A DNA stretch of 62,977 nucleotides, counting the filler, from Aduncisulcus paluster (lineage: Eukaryota), in the NCBI GenBank assembly GCA_024181965.1. It is 18 parts of 18 records of this genome, joined end to end, with 100 filler letters (N's around TTAATTAATTAA, not from the genome) between each part and the next. Parts side by side here need not be neighbours in the genome. Positions count along the whole stretch, not along the records: positions 8,506 to 12,953 come from BQXS01011910.1; positions 13,054 to 14,947 come from BQXS01011911.1; positions 15,048 to 19,751 come from BQXS01011912.1; positions 19,852 to 31,043 come from BQXS01011913.1; 14 more parts are not named here. One strand, given 5' to 3'. A model generated the notes under the pieces. That model made no database searches. It was given only the letters and a program-made list of their open reading frames with translations, and was not told where the DNA came from. Of the stretch, positions 11,701 to 22,549 are shown in pieces (position 1 is the stretch's first letter; the number at the start of each line of letters is the position of its first letter). Position numbers and translations under genes: made by a program.

Positions 11701-12953
11701 CCTTAGTTGTTGGAGATGAAGAGGAGACCATACCTTTCTTTCTTTTCTTACCACTCTTGCTCTTAGAATCTTTCTTCCCTCCCTTATTAAGACTGGACTG
11801 TTTCAAGCATCTCCACACAGATAAACATGTCTCATGCACAAGGGATGGGGAATAAAGGGAGGTGAGAGAACGAGTGAGTATGTGTTTGTTGACTCGTGGA
11901 ATGTAACTCGCAGTTGAGGGTCTGTCAGGTGCTTGTTTGGAGGATCCATTTTCAACAGAACAATCATCTGTCTTCATATTTCCATTCAAAGCCGATTCAC
12001 ATACTGCACTCATTATTGGAGTTTTGCTACTTCGACATCTTGAGACACTAGTCACAGGACGTTGATATTTTTCTGGATTTGATGAACATGCCAATCCTGA
12101 TTCTCCCCCACTCGACTCATTTGTTCTCCCGCAGACACATCGCCAGACCCTTTCTCTTTCATTCATGCTCATTGATCCCACAGCTTGCAGGATATCATCA
12201 CTGGAAACCTTCTGACTGCCTGATTCTTTGTCGGATAAGAAGAGATCAGGGTGGTTTGAAAGGAGATACGAATGAATTCTTAATAAAGTCAGAGATCTTG
12301 AAGATAAAAACGAAGGAATGGCTGTGATGGAGTTAAATAAGGGGTCTAGAGTACTTTCTTTTGAAATAAGAGGAATAGAACCACCTTGAGATTGCATGAG
12401 GTCTTGATTGGCAAAGACGGTGGTGAAATATGACATAACCATGGAATAAGATAAGGCTGAAGCATATTGGAATGAGGTGACAAGGGTTTTGGTGTATTGA
12501 GGGTAGGATTTATGGGTTGAATGGCCGTGTGAATGGGATGGAAGAGAAGATGAGGAGTTATCATAATGACTTCGTGATTTAGAAGGGGGGGGAGGCCTAA
12601 TCCTTGAAGATTTCTTTCTATATTCCTGTTGACGTTTAGGGGAGGAAATTAATTCTACTTTCTTAATTTCAAGGCTAGCAAATCTAATTTTGTTTTGTTG
12701 TTGCGTTTTTTTTCGAGATTCAGCTTGCTGAAGCTTTTCGGTGATCCTCTCAAGCTGTCTTTGTTTCTGTTCTTCATCAACTTGCTCTTTCTTTTGTTTC
12801 ACATGGAATGCATTATCAACAACACTTTTAAATCGCTCTTTCATCTTTTTCTCACGCGCAGAACGCCTTTTATCACTCTCTTCCCTTTTCTTTTCATTTT
12901 CTCGTTCTCGCCGTTCTCGTTCTTCTTTCTCTTCTTCACGCTGTCGATCATGC
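8763..12953 (-). CDS. SCAPER: SCAPER-like protein (5'-partial; split by gap duplication at 10278)
   Basis: N-terminal R/E/K coiled coil. C-terminal GRTPTPAHMLCRFPLSYF...STLIYLC resembles the SCAPER C-terminus (GRHPTVLQKLCQLPFQYF, from recall). Confidence 0.6.
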
Positions 12954-13053
12954 NNNNNNNNNNNNNNNNNNNNNNNNNNNNNNNNNNNNNNNNNNNNTTA
13001 ATTAATTAANNNNNNNNNNNNNNNNNNNNNNNNNNNNNNNNNNNNNNNNNNNN

Positions 13054-14947
13054 AGGTGTAATTGGAATATGCCGAAGGTCAGCATAGCTGCAATTAACAA
13101 ACATTGAGTTTAATTCATCCGTAGACATCTTTTCCGCGCTTTCCTCCTCTTCCTTGTCGTCTCCACCACCATAGTCCACCGCAGTGGCAGTCGTGGGCTG
13201 CGGTCGTTCCGTTGCAGCACCAAGTGGGGGCACAGAGGCATTTGTTTCCGAGGTCGTCACTGGGTCAATTCTAATGTTCGCAGGACTCGCCTCGTCCGGA
13301 TTTGTTGTCTCTTCATCTTTTCCTGGGGATCTCAACTGATCAGATCCACCGTTGCTTTGTTTAGAAATCTTTGTGATCATAGGTTCTGAGGGTCTGGTTC
13401 TGGCTGAGGTACTACCCCCGGGAGGTTGTTGTTCTTCTTCCCCCTGGGTTGAATGATTTGGTTCACCATTCATTGGTATTGGAAGAAACTCCACTTGTGA
13501 GAACTCCTCCGTCTCCTCATGTATAATATCCACAACACCTGACTCCATGCACGACTCGAACTCTGTGTCCTCATCCAAGTCTTCGCCCGATTGGTGTAGG
13601 AGATTGTGTTCATCCTGAAGCTTATTACGGCTTTTGGGACTACCGGTTCTCCTTTTCTCTCCGGGTTTCCACTCAGAGTCAGCGTCGACTGATGCCTCCT
13701 CTTCCACCATATTCTTCTCAGTCTTCGAACTCTCTCGGTCGCCTACAGCGGCTTCCGAGGTTGGACTCCTCTCATCAGGTTTGTTCTGTGCCACAAACGT
13801 TGTATCAAAAAAAAAACTCACCATTTCACTTTCCAATACCTCACCGGGGTTTTCTTCCTCTCTTTCCTTTCCCCTACGGTGGTCTCATGTCTGTGCTCTT
13901 CACTCACCCTCTGACTTTGACTCTCGACTGCTGGCACATCTCCTACTTTGTCCTGTTGGGTCCCAGGGTTTTCACCTTGTAGGTTCTGTGCATGTGGGTT
14001 CTTGTTCGGTATCAGGTCGGGGGTTGGGACAAATTCGTCCGCATGTTCATCACCATCCTGAGTGTAATCAACGTTTAAGCAGGCTCTCCTCTTGGGTCTT
14101 GGGGCTCTGCTCTGTGGGGTCTTCTTCTGTGCCTCAGTCAGCACGACACTTTTCCAACCCTGCTTCCCTTGGTTGTCGTGACCTTCCTTCTTCTTCTTCT
14201 TCTTGGTCACTTTCTTCCCAGAGGTTGTACGTTGATCTCCACTCGAACGTTTCTGCGGTTTTGTTGGGATGTCATATCCTTTCTCCTCAGGCACAACAAA
14301 GATCGCCGTGTTCTTCGTATCTTTGTTGTCTTCCGGATTATCTGTCGACAGTTTCAGTTTAGCGGCCCGCTTCTTCCTCTTCGCAGCGTACCCCCTTATC
14401 TTACTGTTCTCGGCAATCCTCGTTAACGCCTTCGGTTCAGCATCAAGTGAATTTCCCGTTCCTGAGGATATCACAAAATCCAACGCCTCAACACGATTTG
14501 TTGTGATTTTGTTATGTACTATCAGGTCTGGTCTGGAACCTTCTAACTTTTGCCTCTTCGATGATTCCTTCACTACTTTGACATTCTTCGCCTCCTTGCA
14601 GGAGAGGGCAACCCCATCTCTTGCAGCATCATGTCCAATTCTCCTCCCATCCACTTTACACACACGGTGGTGACCTGGTCCCATGCAGTTGCCACAAACC
14701 TCACATATCTCTCCGGCCTTTGTGGTTTCCATGCTTGTTCTTGTTCCCAGGTGTGCACCTAAACCAGCGATGAAAGCACCTCCGACTACGTCCTCTCCCT
14801 TCTCTCCCACCTTCGGCGTGTCCTTTCCTTGACAGACGGTTTCATACATTTTGAGCATTCCGCCTTTGCGCAGCATGACGTTAAAGCAATTATCTGTTTG
14901 TTGATTGGCCTTCAGGCACACGTACTGATGTTGGGCTCTTTTGTCAC
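13054..14947 (-). mobile_element. Non-LTR retrotransposon with restriction-like endonuclease (CRE/R2-type), rearranged/frameshifted
   Basis: CEVC...HHRVC zinc motif, HD, RPDL...ALDF...ENSKIRGY PD-(D/E)xK pattern. Followed by a low-complexity N-terminal-like ORF ending LRHIP, with a frameshift near 13836-13890. Confidence 0.7.
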
Positions 14948-15047
14948 NNNNNNNNNNNNNNNNNNNNNNNNNNNNNNNNNNNNNNNNNNNNTTAATTAAT
15001 TAANNNNNNNNNNNNNNNNNNNNNNNNNNNNNNNNNNNNNNNNNNNN

Positions 15048-15666
15048 TAACCAAAGGAATACCAACACGGTCAGAGATCTTCTTAACGAGATCGATGGCG
15101 AGTTTGGGCTCAGATTTGAATTTGTAGGCACCGTGAGAGGTTCCGATAGCAATAGCAAGACAATCGACACCGGTCTCCTCCACAAACTTAACAGCTTGAT
15201 CAGGATCAGTGAGTTTCACAACACCAGTGATATCCTCTTCAATTCCACCGAGAGTTCCAAGTTCAGCCTCAACAGAGACACCACGAGCATGAGCGTACTC
15301 AACAACTTCCTTGGTGATACGAACATTCTCCTCGAAAGAGTGGTGAGAAGCATCAATCATAACAGAGGTGAATCCAATAGCAATGGCCTTCTTGACAGAG
15401 TCGAGGGTGTCACCATGGTCGAGATGGAGAGCAACAGGGATGTCAGGGTTCTCTTCAACAGCAGCGTACATCAAATGTTTCAAGTAAGTGAAATTTGTGT
15501 ACTTGAGGGCACCACGGGAAGCTTGGATGATCACGGGGGATCTAGTTTCAGAAGCAGCCTTCATGATGGCCTGAATGTTTTCCATGTTGTTGACATTGTA
15601 AGCACCAACACCGTATTTGTGTTTTTTGGCGTGGTCAAGGAGTTGTTTAACGGTAGTAAGGGCCAT
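15048..15666 (-). CDS. fba: Fructose-1,6-bisphosphate aldolase class II (3'-partial)
   Basis: GAYNVNN, ALHLDHG, GFTSVMIDAS, VEAELG, GTSHGAYK motifs. Confidence 0.96.
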
Positions 15667-15909
15667 AGCGTTGAACAAAAAATTGAAATGTCATTTCGAG
15701 ATCATCAACTGAAAATGAAATGTTGATTCAAACGTATTATTAAAGATTTACCCAAGCTAAAATAATAATTTGACTTTTAATTTGTGAAAAATATCGCTAA
15801 TGAACTACGAGTTCATGATTATCAAAAAAAAAGATACCAATTAAATACTAGTAGTATTTTGATCTTATTAAATTTCCAATAAAATGAGCAACATTTCATA
15901 AAAACACAG

Positions 15910-16857
15910 TTATTTTACTTGCATATCTTCCATATCAGCTTTAATATCTTTCTCAGGAAGTTCAAGTTCAAAAAGTACATTTGGGCGATTAGTCCCTTGC
16001 ACAACACCAGTTCTAGTTGAACGACGATATGGTTGTTGTAAAACATCTTTTCTATCACGCTTTTTCCTTGGGGGTTGCGGGAGATCTATGACACGTTGAG
16101 ATCCTAGTTGAGATGCTTCCAACTCACGGATATATTTGTTTCTTTTATCGTGTAATGCTTGAATTCTTTTGTCTTTGTTCTCTGATATATGCTCTAATAA
16201 TTCCTTATCAATGGTATCGAGTTCAGATTCAAGAGTTTTTCTAGCCATCTGAACAGAAAAATAATATTGAGATAGAACCAAATGTCTACGTTTTATAGCT
16301 CTTCGTTCACTACTTTTATGTAATTCTAACATTTCAGGATCATCTCCTACAAAAAAAAAATAGAAATAATTATGACAATACGAATACAATATAAGTGTCT
16401 TGCATTAAAAAATAAAAATATGTTTATAACCATTCAAAAAACTAATCACATACCAGTTGAAACAGACTTCACACGACTATGTAATTCTTCAGAAACTTTC
16501 TNNNNNNNNNNNNNNNNNNNNAGTTCAGATTCAAGAGTTTTTCTAGCCATCTGAACAGAAAAATAATATTGAGATAGAACCAAATGTCTACGTTTTATAG
16601 CTCTTCGTTCACTACTTTTATGTAATTCTAACATTTCAGGATCATCTCCTACAAAAAAAAATAGAAATAATTATGACAATACGAATACAATATAAGTGTC
16701 TTGCATTAAAAAATAAAAATATGTTTATAACCATTCAAAAAACTAATCACATACCAGTTGAAACAGACTTCACACGACTATGTAATTCTTCAGAAACTTT
16801 CTTAACATATTGCGAAAAAATCTCAGAAAACTCATCTAACGACACTCGCGAAGTCAT
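15910..16857 (-). CDS. Coiled-coil protein, Sds3/BRMS1-like; one intron (16347-16453; exon/intron falsely duplicated across the gap)
   Basis: ATG at 16857. GTATGT...TAG intron restores the frame (STG-DDP). Coiled coil plus C-terminal LELPEKDIKADM. Confidence 0.5.
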
Positions 16858-17098
16858 TTTGAACTAATAATTATCGTTATATTCCCTTTGTTATCAAAAA
16901 GCACAATCTCATTAAAAGTCCGGCTATTTATGATATGATTAGAATTTTATCATAAATATTAGATTACAGTGAAAATCTAATTCATTTTATATAATATTAC
17001 TTTTTTTGAATTACCTTACAAAGAAAGAAATTTTTTTTCATAGTTTTGGTCATAGATCCCGTTATTTATTATTTCAATCTGGGATTAAATTCGATCTA

Positions 17099-17597
17099 AT
17101 GTTTGGATTTAGTGAGACTCCAGCCGATAAAAGTTCGAAGGGTTTTAAAACTCCCACAGCAGAAATTAAACAATCAAACATTTTCTTATTGCCATGTAAT
17201 ATTGATTCGGGATGTGCATGTGATTCAAAATTATTCTTTGAGAGTAGAATTATAGGTATGTTTAACTAATTATAAGATCGACTCCCAATTGTTTCTTCTC
17301 GTTCTCTCTCACTCTTATCTATCATTTTCAAACTTTTTTTTGTTTATTTTTATCATAGAGAAAAAAGATGGTTCAAAAGAGGCATTTTTTAGAGGAAGAA
17401 AAATGTATGGAAAACCAATAAGTCTATCTTCCAATTCTCCACCTCATTTGGCCGTTGTATGTGATTCAAAGGGCGGAGATTTGGTTCCATCGTGTAAATC
17501 TCGAATTTTGACACATTTTCGGGAAGATAAATCAGTATCCGAAGTTAAACAAGCTTTTTCAACCTCAATGATTTCGAGCAGCATTTGGGGTTCGTAA
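17099..17597 (+). CDS. RNASEH2C: Ribonuclease H2 subunit C, join(17099..17255,17359..17597)
   Basis: LLPCNI...FF in exon 1 and EAFFRGRKMYG in exon 2. A 103-nt GTATGT...TAG intron joins the two ORF-track frames in phase. Confidence 0.8.
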
Positions 17598-17673
17598 TTA
17601 TTAATTATTTCAATTTTTAGGATATGCGAAATAAACAATTTACTATTTGACAACGATCACGATTTTATCAAAC

Positions 17674-18921
17674 TTAGAGCATTCCTTGTTCCTTGAGGAA
17701 GAGAAGGTATCCACATTGGGCCCAGAGACGGTTCTCAGCCTCATCAAAGACTATGGAAAGCTTAGGATCATCAATAACATCAGCAGTTTGTTCACAACCT
17801 CTCATGGCAGGTAAACAGTTCATGAATTTAACATTGTCAGCAGCGTGGGAGAGGAGCTCACGAGTGATTTGGTAGGGCATGAATTTGGTTTTACGCTCAG
17901 CCTCTTCCTCGGGGGAGATGTGGTAAGACATCCAAGAATCAGCGTAGACGAATTCACAGTCCTTAACAGCCTCAACGGCATCATGAGTGTAAATTACCTT
18001 ACCACCAGAGACCTTGCAGAGCTCAGCACACTCTTCAAGAACCTCCTTTTCAGGCTCAAACTCTTCACCCTCAGGACCAGCAACACGCATCTCGAAACCG
18101 AGAAGAGCAGCACTTCTCATGNNNNNNNNNNNNNNNNNNNNAGCAGCGTGGGAGAGGAGCTCACGAGTGATTTGGTAGGGCATGAATTTGGTTTTACGCT
18201 CAGCCTCTTCCTCGGGGGAGATGTGGTAAGACATCCAAGAATCAGCGTAGACGAATTCACAGTCCTTAACAGCCTCAACGGCATCATGAGTGTAAATTAC
18301 CTTACCACCAGAGACCTTGCAGAGCTCAGCACACTCTTCAAGAACCTCCTTTTCAGGCTCAAACTCTTCACCCTCAGGACCAGCAACACGCATCTCGAAA
18401 CCGAGAAGAGCAGCACTTCTCATGAGATCGTAGGTAACGTTGTTGTGGCAATCTCCACAGAAAGCCATCTTGAGTCCATCGAAGGAACCACGCTTCTCGT
18501 AGATGGTCATCATATCGGCGAGCATCTGGCAAGGATGAGCGAAGTCATCAAGAGCGTTGATGGTGGGGATAGTGGAGTGCTTGGCAAGATCACCCATAGT
18601 TTTACGGAGGTTCAACCTGGCCATGACAACATCAACCATACGGCTGAGAACCTTGGCAGTGTCCTCGATGGTCTCTTTCTTTCCGAGAGGTGAATCCTTA
18701 ACACTGTAATAAATGGCGTGACCTCCGAGCATAGTCATACCAGTCTCGAAAGAAACACGAGTACGGAGAGAAGGCTTGGCGAAAAGCATAAGAAGGGTCT
18801 TTTGCTTGAGAGCATCAGAGTGTTTGCTTGGATCAGCCTTAAATTCCTTTCCAAGTTCGAGGACGTGGAGGAATTCTTCCTTAGTAAGGTCAGAAGCTTT
18901 GAGAAGATGACGAACGGACAT
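17674..18921 (-). CDS. OTC: Ornithine carbamoyltransferase (arginine deiminase pathway); internal block duplicated by assembly gap
   Basis: KPSLRTR, HPCQ, GD..NN, DSWMSY, MNCLP and DEAENRL motifs. Confidence 0.96.
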   Translation of the reverse strand: MSVRHLLKASDLTKEEFLHVLELGKEFKADPSKHSDALKQKTLLMLFAKPSLRTRVSFETGMTMLGGHAIYYSVKDSPLGKKETIEDTAKVLSRMVDVVMARLNLRKTMGDLAKHSTIPTINALDDFAHPCQMLADMMTIYEKRGSFDGLKMAFCGDCHNNVTYDLMRSAALLGFEMRVAGPEGEEFEPEKEVLEECAELCKVSGGKVIYTHDAVEAVKDCEFVYADSWMSYHISPEEEAERKTKFMPYQITRELLSHAAXXXXXXXMRSAALLGFEMRVAGPEGEEFEPEKEVLEECAELCKVSGGKVIYTHDAVEAVKDCEFVYADSWMSYHISPEEEAERKTKFMPYQITRELLSHAADNVKFMNCLPAMRGCEQTADVIDDPKLSIVFDEAENRLWAQCGYLLFLKEQGML

Positions 18922-19253
18922 TATTGGTGTTTTGAATATCAATCGGTGGGCAAAACAGCCACAAGTTTGGTGGAGCAATCATTGATCAATTTCTGACTTC
19001 TGTTGACAAGAAAATAATTTAAAATTTAGAGGTGTATCAAAATACTGTGGCTTAATTGTTTTTGTAATGTGTCTACTTTTTGAATGAAATTGTTTTTTTG
19101 GGCTTCTACAAACAATTTTATTCTGCTCATGCCTATTCAGAGTTTTGTAAACAATTGATAGAAATTATTTGAAGTTATTTATATATTTAATCCAAATTTT
19201 ATGAAAAACCAATTGATATCCCATGGAATTGAGCATTGAGAGAAAATGGGAAA

Positions 19254-19751
19254 TTATTTTGATTTACTTTTCCCCAAAGCCTTTTTAACAAGTTTTGTTG
19301 CAGCTTTGTCCTGTCTTTCGGATTTTTTCTTCATCTTCTTCTCAAATTGCATCTCCTTTTCTTTCTTAAACTTCTTTTCTCTTTCAACAGCTCTTTCGTA
19401 TGATTTCTTCTTCTCTTTCTTTTGACGTTTAATACTTTTCTTTAAGAGTTTTGCGTCATCCTTAATTTTATCACCATTAGCTCTTGATATGGCCACCTCA
19501 AGCAGCCTTTTTCTTTCAATTTCTTGACGTTCTTCGGATGGCATCGATGCAAGAACCTTATCACGTTTTTCAAGTTCTTTCAACAATTCTTTATCTTTGG
19601 TTAAACGGCTCTTCTTTGATTCCGAAGAATCAATGTGCTTATCTGTGGATTTCATTTTTGAAAAAGAGAAATCCTCTTCTTCTTCCTCTTTCGGCGATGA
19701 TACCGGCAAAACATTTTCATTTTCCTCTGATTTGGACTGTTTTCTTGCTTT
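19254..19751 (-). CDS. SURF6: Surfeit locus 6 / Rrp14 nucleolar protein (5'-partial)
   Basis: RANGDKIKDDAKLLKKSIKRQKKEKKKS matches the SURF6 domain signature. Confidence 0.85.
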   Translation of the reverse strand, partial: KARKQSKSEENENVLPVSSPKEEEEEDFSFSKMKSTDKHIDSSESKKSRLTKDKELLKELEKRDKVLASMPSEERQEIERKRLLEVAISRANGDKIKDDAKLLKKSIKRQKKEKKKSYERAVEREKKFKKEKEMQFEKKMKKKSERQDKAATKLVKKALGKSKSK

Positions 19752-19851
19752 NNNNNNNNNNNNNNNNNNNNNNNNNNNNNNNNNNNNNNNNNNNNTTAAT
19801 TAATTAANNNNNNNNNNNNNNNNNNNNNNNNNNNNNNNNNNNNNNNNNNNN

Positions 19852-22130
19852 TAAGTGGCTCCATCATCAAAGTATGAGAAGTTCATGTTCGTAACATTAA
19901 TGACTTGTTCACGGAATTCAATTTTCAAGGCTAAATAATCCATCCTAAAGTTTATATCATTCCGTGGAACCAATCCAACCATCCAAGTTCCCTTCACAGG
20001 CTCCCCAAAGAATCTATTCGAGGCAAATGTTGATCTGAACATGTACAGCTGGTCATCTGTACTGAGGAAAGGTTTAACCAGAGTCACATCTGATAAAGGA
20101 GACACAATAACAATCGCTATATCCCCGAGAACATCAGCAGCAATGGTTGTCTCAATTCCAACACTCACGACAGATCCCGTGTAATCATCAAGAGCAACAG
20201 AGTAAAATATTGAGGAATTCCTCGTCTCTCCATCAGAGCCAGCAACCTCAATAAGAGAGAAAGTAATGTCACTTGAGCTCGAAAGTAATGCAAGTTCAAC
20301 CGCTTTTCTACTGTCCACCATTCCAAATCCAAAGTAAGGGTTGAAACTGTTTCCAACTGCATTAACACTCCAGCAATTCACGTCACTGGCATTGGGTTCA
20401 AGATTAAGTGAAGAGACGAGGTCAAGAATTTTAGAAGAATCAGTTAGAAAAGATGTTTTTTGATTGACAGGGATTTCACGGAAGCTGATAACATCTCCAT
20501 TCTCACTCTGAACATATCTATTTGATTGTGTCACAGATACTGACAGTTCATCCACACCATATGGCTCTTCCGGCTCAGGAAAAATGATATCCTCATCTCT
20601 TGACAAAGTTTGTTCCTCTGAATAGGTTAGAGGAATAGGAGCTACTGGCTGATAATCCCCGTTCTCATCCACACATTTTTGAGTCAACTCACGAGTTTTG
20701 GTCTTTGCTGTTGATACCGTAAATTGTGAGGAATCGAAATCTGAAGGAGACGATTGCGGATCGAAGGATACAAATTCAACAGATTCTTCTTCGAGGGTCA
20801 CAGTCCTAGCAGATCCATTGCTTGATGCTGTTACCTCGTTCTCGTTCACCGTTGAACACTCAGTTGATACATTGGTATAATCAATTGGTTTGGAACTTGC
20901 GTGTAGGATGACACGGACCAATTGTGGAGAAATCTCTGGAAATGCATCTAGGATAAGCGCAACAATACCAGAAGCAATTGGACATGAGAATGAAGTTCCA
21001 CTGTATGAAACATCAGTGCAACCATCGTTTGGCACGAGAGAAGAAAGCCCCAAGTAATCACCATTCACACCATAACCACCACTTGGAGCAGTAAGCATAA
21101 TATTCTCCCCAAAGTTACTGTAATATGCGTATGAACCAGATGGAGCTGCAGCAGCTATCACAAATGCTTCTGGATATGAAGATAAGAGATTAAAATTAGA
21201 ATCGAGAGATTCATTTCCTGCAGCCACCAAAATCACTGACCCGAGTGCATCTCTCCCATTTGTATATGCTTGTACGATTGCAGACCTAAATAATGGGAAT
21301 CCGCTGACATTGAATGGACTGTCATCGTAATCATTAACAATTCCCCAGCTATTATTATATATATCGACTTCCGCATGAAGCCAGGAAATACTGAGAGCAA
21401 GGGATATTTTTGTTGTAGAATCCCCAATGATACGTCTTGCTGCAAGATGGGCACTCGGAGCAACTCCAACTCCACATGCTGCATTGTCTAGAGCAGCAAG
21501 AATCACTCCACTAACAGCAGTTCCATGTACCTCAGACAAATCTCCTCCCGGATCTTCAGTATTCTCAAGGAAATCATAACTTAAATCAGTACGGACACGT
21601 TTATAGTATTCAATATGGTTGATATCTGTTTCAGCATCGATAACAGCTACCACAGAAGATCCGTACAACCCATATTGTACCCATTCATTATCAACATGGG
21701 TGTCAACCCACGGGGAAACTTCTTTTTTTGAAAAATCTGATGGGGCAAATGGACCAAATAGATGCCACCATTGGCCAAGATCCGGATCATCCGAGGAGAA
21801 ATCTAAAGCTTTTATATCAAAAGATTCATGTTGTGAAACACAGTGAAGAATTGACTCATCATTTTCAATTGAGGAGAATACATCGGAATGAAACGTAGAA
21901 TCACACTCGGCGTCATCTTCGGCAGAACATTCATCGTAACATGGGAAAGAGATAAATCCAGGAATATCACTTCTAAGACTAACATCACCATTGATATTCT
22001 CAACAAATTCATCAATGGAAAACAAAGTTTCGTCGATCTCACACAAACACATTGTAATATTGTTTATGTTATCTGAATACACAACAACAATTAAAAACAC
22101 AAAGAGAAAGCAAAATGTCCTTAAAAACAT
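19852..22130 (-). CDS. Kexin/furin-like subtilase (S8B) with P domain (3'-partial)
   Basis: Signal peptide, DP..QW.L, catalytic D (VAVID), HGT, AAGN, GTSFS, FGFG, and P-domain L..P...FFGEPVKGTW. Confidence 0.9.
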
Positions 22131-22549
22131 CAGTATGAAAACAATGGAATGTATATTATGAACTATTAAGAAAATATCGAACGAAATCTTATATTTTCTC
22201 TGTCAATCGGTTGAAAGAATCTTGTCAATATCAAAGCTTGTTATTTCCATTAAGGTCGCAATATATGAGATATTTTCAATGTGAAATACAAGGTAATGTT
22301 ATATTCCCAGGGGGGAATATGGCTATGCTGACACAATTTACAGTTGCAGTTCCCGGCTCAAACCGGAAGAACGGAAAAACGGACTGAAAATCTTAGAGCA
22401 ATCCAACTTGCATTTTTGAGCATACTGGTCATTATTTTAATTGAGTAAAATTTTTATTTTTAAAAAAAAGGAAATATTCAAGCGAATCGCTTGAAGCGAT
22501 ATTGGTTAAAATCGAATATTGAGTAATCACTGATTGCTGATGGCATCAA

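Noticed and set aside
15133..15726. Long antisense ORFs over FBA, OTC, COPB2 and LRR genes
   Set aside because: Shadow ORFs from codon bias or low complexity; no motifs.
16221..16801. Duplicated exon/intron block
   Set aside because: Same 20-N gap overlap artefact.
17841..18424. Internal domain duplication in OTC
   Set aside because: Identical sequence on both sides of a 20-N gap. The same applies to the duplications at gaps 23472, 29292 and 46484.
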